Assembly: GCA_963738405.1 (NCBI GenBank)
Contig: CAVTWJ010000014.1
Location: 96,001-160,000 of the forward strand
Reading direction: 5' to 3'
DNA: 64,000 nucleotides
Source: a candidate division FCPU426 bacterium
GTDB lineage: Bacteria > Oederibacteriota > Muellerivitia > Muellerivitales > Muellerivitaceae
Shown here: one piece after another, positions 56,900 through 64,000 of the stretch
How positions within the stretch are numbered: position 1 is the stretch's first letter
How the letters are laid out: each line of letters starts with the position of its first letter
Translations under genes and position numbers: made by a program
The notes under the pieces: model-generated
Database searches by the model: none
Told to the model about the DNA's origin: nothing
Seen by the model: only the letters and a program-made list of their open reading frames with translations

Positions 56900-57955
56900 C
56901 TAAACCGGCACCACTTTCTGGATATATTTCTTCATCGCGTCGAATACTTCCGGTACCGTCAACCCATCCATGGGGTCATGCTTTCGGCAATATCCCACTT
57001 CACAAGCCGAACACTGGGGATTCTTGGGGACCAAGACCGTATTCTCATTGCCCCAGGGTCCCCATCGGACCGGGGTGGATTCCGGGGCGGGCGAAAAGAT
57101 CGCGACCATGGGGGCTCCCACCGCCGCGGCAAGCTGCATCGGCCCCGTGGGGCTTGTCAGTACGCAAACCGCTCCCTGGCATAGAGCTGCCAACTGCTTC
57201 AAGTTCAAATCGTTCGTGATGATCAGAACGGGCTTTTGTTCCATGGGAAGGGAAAAGAGAAAAGCTGTCACTTCTGCAATAAGAGCCGATTCATCAGCCT
57301 CGGCGGTCAAAACCACCCTTAACCCCTTCACTTGGCATAAATAACCCAACAATTGCCCGAACCTCTCGGCCTTCCAGTGCCTTGCCCTTCCCTTGGAACC
57401 GGGATGAACAAGAATATAGGGTTCGGCTAGCCCGATGCCCTTTTGGCTTAAGATCTCCTTAACTTTTGACTTATCACCCTCACCCAGGGGGAATTCTATT
57501 TTTGAGGCAAATTGGGTGATTCCAAGGGGTTTTAACAGCTCAAAATTGTATTCAACCTCGTTGCGGTCGCTGACGGCCCGGTTAATCTTGATGGAATGGG
57601 TAAGAAAGAATCCCTGCCATTTGTAATCCATCCCAATACGAACTGGAATTTTGGCCATCCAGGCCGCCAAGACCAACTTAGCCGTGGGCATTAGGTGGAG
57701 GCAAATATCCGGGGACAAACCCTTAAACCGGCTCGTCAAACCCATCAGGCCTTCCAGTTTAGTAATGGACTCTATGGCATCCACGGCAGGATGTTCCTGA
57801 AGCATGCCTTCGGCCCCCGACGTGACGAAAACGGTGATCTTGGCCTTGGGGAAGGCGGATTTTAAGGTTTGAAAAACCGGCAAAGCCAATAAAAGCTTGG
57901 CCGGTTTATCAGCGCAGGTCACGAGAATATGTTGGGGGTTCAATGCTTCAGCCAT
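56900..57955 (-). CDS. Glycosyltransferase family 9 (heptosyltransferase-like) with degenerate catalytic motifs
   Basis: LKSAFPKAKI, HPAVD, KIPVRIG, HPGS....W..ERF, GPMQLAAAVGAP and RWGPWG. Confidence 0.85.
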   Translation of the reverse strand: MAEALNPQHILVTCADKPAKLLLALPVFQTLKSAFPKAKITVFVTSGAEGMLQEHPAVDAIESITKLEGLMGLTSRFKGLSPDICLHLMPTAKLVLAAWMAKIPVRIGMDYKWQGFFLTHSIKINRAVSDRNEVEYNFELLKPLGITQFASKIEFPLGEGDKSKVKEILSQKGIGLAEPYILVHPGSKGRARHWKAERFGQLLGYLCQVKGLRVVLTAEADESALIAEVTAFLFSLPMEQKPVLIITNDLNLKQLAALCQGAVCVLTSPTGPMQLAAAVGAPMVAIFSPAPESTPVRWGPWGNENTVLVPKNPQCSACEVGYCRKHDPMDGLTVPEVFDAMKKYIQKVVPV

Positions 57956-58058
57956 GTTTAATTCTCCCAAATGGATGATCTATCAATGATATGAAAGTCC
58001 GATCACGATACTGAATCGAATCTATGAGGGCAATAGCTGAGAAATCTCAGGTTTCCCC

Positions 58059-58097
58059 AAAATCCTCTCTCCGCTTCCAGTGCGGAGAGAGGATTTT
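58059..58097. terminator. Perfect 16-bp stem hairpin in an intergenic region
   Basis: aaaatcctctctccgc-ttccagt-gcggagagaggatttt. Confidence 0.7.
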
Positions 58098-58327
58098 CCG
58101 TCTTTATCGAACCAAAACGGGAAAGGTTTTCCCGTCGAGATGCCAATTTTAACACTTTCTTAATGGCGCCCCCAATGACACCGGAATAATCTCTCCCCAA
58201 GCCCATGGTAAGGGCAGCCAATAGTTTTGCGACGCAAAAGAAATTTCAACTCCATTTTAAGAAACATGAGGCCGCCCCAAACGGGATAGTTCGGTTCATC
58301 CGAACTTAAATCTTTTTGGAGGAAATT

Positions 58328-58426
58328 ATGGATGTCACAACCATCAATTGCGTTATTTTGGTTCTGGGGCTGATCGCTGGAACAATTGTCGCGATTGTCA
58401 AAGCTACTCCGGGACCCAAAAAATAA
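58328..58426 (+). CDS. 32-aa single-TM small protein (not in the ORF track)
   Basis: GGAGG-aaatt-ATG; MDVTTINCVILVLGLIAGTIVAIVKATPGPKK*; followed by an aactcag/ctgagtt hairpin. Confidence 0.7.
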   Translation: MDVTTINCVILVLGLIAGTIVAIVKATPGPKK

Positions 58427-58547
58427 GGTCTAGGAACTCAGGTTTACCTACTGAGTTAAAATTCTCTTTTCCCTCAATCGCTTTGCAGTATTTGGTTTTT
58501 TAAAACCAGATTTTGCAAGCAATGGAAGATTTTGTGTCTTTCAAATT

Positions 58548-59312
58548 TTATTTTTCATAATTTCCAAATTGAGTCGCCACATCTCCCTTGAAGGAAATGG
58601 AGCCTGTGTGGGTGAGCTTGCTTTGAAGGTCAATCCAAATTTCCCCGCCCATGTCCCGCCAGCGGCGGCAAAAACTGTAATCTTCGCTCAAGTAGGTACC
58701 GGTGGCCTTGTCCACCAAACAGTTAAAAAGCGCGCATCGGTAGGGACTTCCCCGCAGGGCATCCTCGGCTTGGTCTTCCCTCGTATATTTTAAGTCGGCG
58801 TAATGTTCGATCATCGATAACAACACTTGGCGCTTGATCATCATGAACCCTGTTCCAGCGTAGAGCGCCTTGGCAAAACCCTTCTTGGCCTCCACCTTCG
58901 CCGGATCTTCCAACCCCATCACATAACCTAAAGAGGAAGATTCCAGGTTTTCTTTCCCCTCCTTGGCTTGAAGGGCTGTCTTGGCCCAATCTACCTTCTT
59001 GGTCGGGTAAACCCCCGCCGCAATATCCCCGTTGAAATCCAAAAGCCGGAAGACTTGATCGGGCGAGAAAGATATATCCGCGTCGATGAAGATCAGGTGG
59101 GTCGCGGCTTGGTTGTGAAGAAACTGCGCTACCAATCCCTGGCGGGCCCGGGGAATCAAGGCGTCCCCCGAAGTCATATAGACCGTCAAATCAATCCCGC
59201 CCCTCTGAAGACAGGCGTTTTGAAGGCGCATGAGGGAGGTGGCGTAAAGGCTGGTCACCAGACCCCCATAACAAGGGGTGGCGACAGTGAGATGAATGCG
59301 ATTTTCCGCCAT
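58548..59312 (-). CDS. GT-A-fold glycosyltransferase-like protein, paralog 3
   Basis: ATPCYGG, FIDADI, GTGFMMIKR and YLSEDYSFCRRW..GGEIWID. Confidence 0.78.
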   Translation of the reverse strand: MAENRIHLTVATPCYGGLVTSLYATSLMRLQNACLQRGGIDLTVYMTSGDALIPRARQGLVAQFLHNQAATHLIFIDADISFSPDQVFRLLDFNGDIAAGVYPTKKVDWAKTALQAKEGKENLESSSLGYVMGLEDPAKVEAKKGFAKALYAGTGFMMIKRQVLLSMIEHYADLKYTREDQAEDALRGSPYRCALFNCLVDKATGTYLSEDYSFCRRWRDMGGEIWIDLQSKLTHTGSISFKGDVATQFGNYEK

Positions 59313-59479
59313 GAGTTTCTCCTAAAAGATTTTTGGACATTCAAACAGGGAATTGGAACCCTATTGTCGCAGATTCAGCCTGAATTGGCCCCTTTTCGCG
59401 GGGTATTGTAAAAAATTTAAATTTCATTAAGATTTCACCTTCATCGTTTCCCCGCTTTCTCAACGACTTCAACGATGGA

Positions 59480-59645
59480 TTAAAGCCGAACCGACCTAAA
59501 AAAAGCCTTAGGGCAAGTTAGGTTGGACGGGGGACCCAGAAACTTTGGGGCTTATCCAGCTTCCTTAAATAAATCCTTTATAAGGAGCCGGACGGCGAGC
59601 CTTTCGCGCCGAGCCCGACAGCTAACCTCGCAGGCCAACGAAGGG
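59480..59645 (+). ncRNA. c-di-AMP riboswitch (ydaO/yuaA)
   Basis: Ordered conserved blocks GCCGAACC, GGGGGACCCA, TGGGGC.TATCC and CCGAGCCCGACAGCTAACCTCGCAGGC upstream of a K+ transporter. Confidence 0.92.
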
Positions 59646-59717
59646 TTCGTCCTAATTCCAAGGCGGCCCAAAGAAAAGACAGAGTCCCTTTCGGTTCTGT
59701 CACGGAGGCCGTACACC

Positions 59718-61556
59718 ATGTCCGATTCCAAAACTTCATCCCATAAAGTTCACCAGCTGGGCTGGGCTCTCGTATTCGCGGTGGTGTACGCGGATATCGG
59801 CACATCGGTTTTTTATACCCCCGGCATTCTGTACGGCTCGATCGGCAATTTGGCCACCCTTGCCCAGTTCATCACCACCGGGGTCTTCGTTTCTATCGCC
59901 CTGAAATATGTAGAAATCTGCGAAAGGTGCCCGGATGGAGGCGGGGTGGTTTCCATTACCCGAGAGGCTTTTTCGGCTTGGGAATTTTTGCCCCTCGTCG
60001 GCGGGTCTTTTATCACTGTGGATTACTTCCTCACTTCGGCCATTTCGGGCGTATCGGGCCTCTATTACCTTTCCAGCCTCCTGCCCGGCTCCAAGGATCT
60101 GGTTGTTGTAGCCTCCCTTATTCTCTTCTTGGTTCTTCTTTTGATTAACCTAGTAGGGGTTAAGGAATCAGCCTCGGTGACCTCCTCCTTCGCCACTGTG
60201 GAAATCATCGTCACCTTTTTACTTTTGGGATCAGCCTTCTATTACATCACCGTCCAACCAAACTTAAGCTGGGGCGGACTTTTTAACAGCATCATCCATC
60301 CGGGGGTCCAACTGACCTTCGGTTCCCTGGCGATCGGCTACGCCACCACCTGGCTGGCCTATTCGGGACTTGAATCGGTGGCTCAGATCTCCGGAGCCAT
60401 GGTCACACCCGTCAAGAAAACCGCTAACAAAGCCATGTGGTGGGTCATCGGCACCATCGCAGTCATCACATCTCCCATGACCGCCGTGGTTCTTTATATC
60501 TTGCCCGCCCAGGTAAAAAGCACCCAAGCCGATTCCCTATTATCCGCGCTTGGCTCCCAAGTCGGCGGCCCATTCCTAGGGATCGCCGTCGTCGTTGCGG
60601 CCGCGGCCCTACTTTTCATGGCCTGCAATACGGCGATTGTGGGAAATTATCACGTCAATGTTCGCCTGTCGGACCTGGGCTTTTTGCCCTCTTTTTTACG
60701 TAAGCGCCACCCGGTATTAGGAACGCCCTATCTTTCCATCATCGCCTCGGCGGCAGTTCCGATGGTGATTATCCTCGCCACCAAGGCCAACGTGGACGCC
60801 CTGGGCGACCTTTACAATTTCGGACTTCTAGGCACCCTTTCCCTCTCCTCTATCGCCATCGACAAACTGCGCTGGAGGGACGGCGTGCGGGGTTTCAAGT
60901 TTTGGTCGGGCATCTTCACGACCCTCGCCCTTTTGGCGGCCTGGTTTATCAACATGGTGCATAAACCCAACGCGCTCATGTTCGGCGGCACCATTGCGGC
61001 CCTTCTGGTCGCGGCAGGGGTTTGGCACCGTCTAGGGGCGGCCCGAAAGGCCGTGGAGGTTTTCGCGAAGGCCGAATCGGAAGCGGCGGACCTGCCTGAA
61101 GCTTCTAATATTCTCACCTTAGAGGAAGCCCAGGAGGCCAGCGCCATAGAAGGTTCGCCGATCATGGTGGCCCTGCGCCAGGTCAACAACAAGCTTTTGG
61201 AGGACGCCGCTGTTTACGCCAAAGGATTAAGCCGCAAGAACATTTACCTTATTTTTGTGGATGAAATGCCGGGGCTCTTTTTGCCTCAGGAAGTAAAGCC
61301 CACGACGGATGCGGTAAAGGTGCTGATTGATTCATGCGCTGAATTGCGCAAACACAAGATGAACGGCATTCCCATTTGGCGCATGGCCGAGGATGCGGGC
61401 ATTTCCATCGCCGAGGCCGCCAAGATCCTGGGCATTAAGCAGGTATTCGTGGGAAGCTCCAAGCGCACCTTTTTCTGGCGCATGGTGCGAGGGCGCATGC
61501 TGAAAAACCTGGCCGACCGCCTGCCCGAATCTGCGGATTTGATTATCGTAGGGTAG
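59718..61556 (+). CDS. APC-fold potassium transporter, KimA(YdaO)/KUP-like, with a USP-like cytosolic domain
   Basis: GGAGG RBS before ATG 59718; VVYADIGTSVFY, GGGV, VDYFLT, GVKES and SGLES; c-di-AMP riboswitch upstream. Confidence 0.85.
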   Translation: MSDSKTSSHKVHQLGWALVFAVVYADIGTSVFYTPGILYGSIGNLATLAQFITTGVFVSIALKYVEICERCPDGGGVVSITREAFSAWEFLPLVGGSFITVDYFLTSAISGVSGLYYLSSLLPGSKDLVVVASLILFLVLLLINLVGVKESASVTSSFATVEIIVTFLLLGSAFYYITVQPNLSWGGLFNSIIHPGVQLTFGSLAIGYATTWLAYSGLESVAQISGAMVTPVKKTANKAMWWVIGTIAVITSPMTAVVLYILPAQVKSTQADSLLSALGSQVGGPFLGIAVVVAAAALLFMACNTAIVGNYHVNVRLSDLGFLPSFLRKRHPVLGTPYLSIIASAAVPMVIILATKANVDALGDLYNFGLLGTLSLSSIAIDKLRWRDGVRGFKFWSGIFTTLALLAAWFINMVHKPNALMFGGTIAALLVAAGVWHRLGAARKAVEVFAKAESEAADLPEASNILTLEEAQEASAIEGSPIMVALRQVNNKLLEDAAVYAKGLSRKNIYLIFVDEMPGLFLPQEVKPTTDAVKVLIDSCAELRKHKMNGIPIWRMAEDAGISIAEAAKILGIKQVFVGSSKRTFFWRMVRGRMLKNLADRLPESADLIIVG

Positions 61557-61565
61557 AAAAAAGCC

Positions 61566-62129
61566 TCAGCTGATCCGCTTCAATACATTTCTGTCGGTGT
61601 GGTGAAAAATTTCCTTCTGCCCGGCAATCTGAATCTGGGTGTCCTGTTCGTAGCTGATCTCGTCCGGTCCCAAGATCTTAAGGGTATGCTCAAAGGCCAC
61701 GGTTTTGAATTCCTTATCCAAATAGGGGTTCGAGCAGATGCCAAAGATGTGCGAACCGAGCTTGGCCGTGACTGTAAATTGTTTGGCGTCATGTTCGACC
61801 TCTCCCCCCGCCAGCGCGGTCATGCCCCGCGGAATGATGGTGCTTCGAATAATCAGCTTCTTCGCCTCGTCCCAAAGAAGATACCCCGACTCTTCATGAA
61901 AGGGTTTCGTTTCAGTCAAACGCCAAGCGCGCAGGGAATAGTGAAGTCCCATAAGCCTTTGCTCGTGGTTGAAGGTGGCGCCCCGGGGATCAAAGAGGAT
62001 TTCCTCGCGGTACTTGTTGTTTTCTTTCCCCAGATCATCGCCTGGGGCGATGTCGTCACCTTTGTCCCCATGCCATTTGCCGATGAGGGCCCCCAGCGGG
62101 CCGTATTCTTTCAATTCATTCTTGTACAT
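61566..62129 (-). CDS. Nitrobindin/DUF1794 heme-binding beta-barrel protein
   Basis: GPL..LIGKW.G, FHEESGYLLW, IPRG and HTDRNVL.R. Confidence 0.85.
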   Translation of the reverse strand: MYKNELKEYGPLGALIGKWHGDKGDDIAPGDDLGKENNKYREEILFDPRGATFNHEQRLMGLHYSLRAWRLTETKPFHEESGYLLWDEAKKLIIRSTIIPRGMTALAGGEVEHDAKQFTVTAKLGSHIFGICSNPYLDKEFKTVAFEHTLKILGPDEISYEQDTQIQIAGQKEIFHHTDRNVLKRIS

Positions 62130-62182
62130 AATAATATCTCCTTTTGAATTTCCCTTTCACCCGCATCAATAAAGCTATACGG

Positions 62183-63220
62183 CTAGGCTTTATTCTCAAA
62201 TCCGTTTAGTCGATATAAGAAAATGGAAAAGATCCAACCTGCCGTGAATATACCGACGACCACAAAACCAAAGTTCGTGAGGTCGTTGTTAAGGGCCTCC
62301 ACAACCCCAAAGGCACCGCCCCGAATCCCTAATTGTTTGGAGATGAGCCCCAGGGCTTCCACCGACCCAATCAATAGGGCCACCAACACCGAAAGGGATG
62401 TGAGGGTCAAGTTGTACCAAAGCTTTCGCAAGGGATGAATAAAAGCCCAGCCATAGACCCCCGTCATAAGAACACTATCGATCGTGTCCACCAGGGCCAT
62501 TCCGGCAGTGAAAAGCACTGGAAAAACCATCGTCGCTCCAAAGGGCAAGCCTTGGGCCGATTGAAAAGCCGCGATGCCCAGAAGGCTGATCTCTGTGGCC
62601 GTATCGAACCCCAAGCCAAAAAGAAAACCCACCAGATACATATGACGGCTTTCAGAAACACTATTGAGAAAAGGTTTGAAGATACGCGATAAAAAACCCC
62701 GGTCCCAAAGGAGGCCGTCAAGTTCCTCCGAGTCACAGGTTTCACCCCGTTGTTCGCGCCGGAATGCCTTCCAGATGTTTTTTAACACAAAAAGATTGGC
62801 CAGGCCGATACCGACCAAAAAGAAGGCTGAAATTGCTGTGCCAAAAACACCGCCAATAACCCTTAAACCCTCCAGGCGGTCTTGGGACAAACCGACCACG
62901 GCCACCAGGACCGCCGAAGCCAAGACCACCACCGTCGAATGACCCAAAGAAAAGAAAAACCCGGCCGAAATGGGCTTCCGGCCCTCCTGCATGAGCTTTC
63001 GCACCACATTATCGATGGCCGCGATATGGTCGGCATCCACCGCGTGACGAAGTCCAAAGAGATAAGCCAGAAAAGCTGTCCCTAAAAGCATCGGGCTATG
63101 GCCGAAAGCCATCCAAGCCCAGGCCCAGGCCCCCAAATTGAAAACCAGAAGCCAAAAGAAAAGCCCGGCAGTTTTGGTCCGCGCGTCTTGAATCCCGTCG
63201 TCGAATAGATTGAGCCGCAT
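62183..63220 (-). CDS. High-affinity nickel/cobalt permease (NiCoT, HoxN/NixA family)
   Basis: LRHAVDADHIAAIDN, FFSLGHSTVV and GLGFDTATE signatures. Confidence 0.95.
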   Translation of the reverse strand: MRLNLFDDGIQDARTKTAGLFFWLLVFNLGAWAWAWMAFGHSPMLLGTAFLAYLFGLRHAVDADHIAAIDNVVRKLMQEGRKPISAGFFFSLGHSTVVVLASAVLVAVVGLSQDRLEGLRVIGGVFGTAISAFFLVGIGLANLFVLKNIWKAFRREQRGETCDSEELDGLLWDRGFLSRIFKPFLNSVSESRHMYLVGFLFGLGFDTATEISLLGIAAFQSAQGLPFGATMVFPVLFTAGMALVDTIDSVLMTGVYGWAFIHPLRKLWYNLTLTSLSVLVALLIGSVEALGLISKQLGIRGGAFGVVEALNNDLTNFGFVVVGIFTAGWIFSIFLYRLNGFENKA

Positions 63221-63669
63221 AAAGGGTCTCCTTGGATATTCCGGTTATCATCTTCTTCGAGTTGATCCGTTCGGCTAATGACTTCAATCATATAAATTTT
63301 TCAATGGCAATCCCCTCCAGCAATTGGAACCAGAAGGCGGCAAGGGATGACGATCACCAGACCCAGCAAACAAAATTGAGTTCATAACGGAAAAATTTTT
63401 AAGCTCTGGCAGAAATTTCTGTAAACAAATCCGCTTTACTCAATCTGAATCCCGAAATGCTTGTTCAACCCCATAAAATCAATACTTCTAAACGAAAATT
63501 AGCCTTACCCCAATAAATGGGCCTGGATTTCATCCCACGAGGGGTTTAGGCTGAAGATAGTGAGGAGGTTCACAAAAAACCGCTTCAAATACCATCCGCC
63601 TGTTCCGGCCAGGAAACGCAAAAACCAACCGGGCGTGGATGATCTCGATGTAAGTTAGGGAGATCACCC

Positions 63670-64000
63670 TTGAAAGATTTTCTCGATAAATCCATTCGAA
63701 AAATCGCCGAAGCAAAAAATCGGGCGGTTGAACGCGCCGGGAAACTCCAGGAATTTTCCCACATCACGACAAAATCTTCCCTCTTGGACTTGGTCGGCAA
63801 AAAGCTCAAGGACCGTAAATTAATCCTGGTCTCCAACCGAGAACCCTACGCCCATGTCTATCAGGGCGATCAAATTGCCGTTATCCGCAACGCCGGGGGG
63901 CTGACCATTGCCCTGGATTCCATCGCCAAGGCTTTCCATTCCATATGGGTCTGCCAAGGCAGCGCCAAGGCTGATTTCAAAGTCACCGACCCGGACGGCC
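63670..64000 (+). CDS. otsA: Trehalose-6-phosphate synthase (GT20), 5' part; runs off the window
   Basis: TTG after AGGGAG; translation ...KLILVSNREPY...NAGGLTIALDS...IWVCQGS matches the OtsA N-terminal motifs. Confidence 0.85.
   Translation, partial: MKDFLDKSIRKIAEAKNRAVERAGKLQEFSHITTKSSLLDLVGKKLKDRKLILVSNREPYAHVYQGDQIAVIRNAGGLTIALDSIAKAFHSIWVCQGSAKADFKVTDPDG

Noticed and set aside
58200..58240. c-di-GMP-I riboswitch words GGCAGCC and GACGCAAA
   Set aside because: They occur in the wrong order; GACGCAAAA is explained by a simple palindrome.
59523..59717. 65-aa N-terminal extension of the K+ transporter in the ORF track
   Set aside because: It overlaps the riboswitch; the real start is ATG 59718 with a GGAGG RBS.
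63221..63530. NiCo or cobalamin riboswitch upstream of the NiCoT gene
   Set aside because: No recognisable consensus blocks.

Overview
Bacterial chromosomal window from a diderm organism (outer-membrane barrels, an autotransporter, a GT9 heptosyltransferase-like gene). It has three parts. (1) Two nitrogen-uptake clusters, at 1-9.4 kb and 45.8-56 kb. Together they carry two amtB genes, four divergent P-II genes, a frameshifted BBP2-type porin and two transglutaminase fusion genes; the porin, amtB2 and one transglutaminase gene have sigma54-type promoters. (2) A large accessory or cell-surface region at about 13-43 kb, with an SBBP/Thr-Pro surface protein, a 2897-aa Gly-rich autotransporter, lipoproteins, an M48 peptidase carrying a pre-toxin-TG-like segment, and a PilZ gene between two paralogs. 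(3) An osmotic/ion cluster with a c-di-AMP riboswitch upstream of a KimA/KUP-like K+ transporter, a NiCoT permease and a partial otsA. The most unusual locus is 29.3-31.3 kb: a helically phased array of 14 near-palindromic CYGCCGGYRG sites (alternating 21/22-bp spacing, 43-bp period) lies directly upstream of a gene that appears to fuse a ParB-type HTH region, transmembrane helices and a VirB8/NTF2-like domain. Other candidates are an unannotated 32-aa membrane peptide next to a structured RNA-like stretch and several apparently inactivated enzymes. All family calls come from motif recognition by eye, not database searches. I recognised no tRNA, rRNA, CRISPR array, transposase or integrase.
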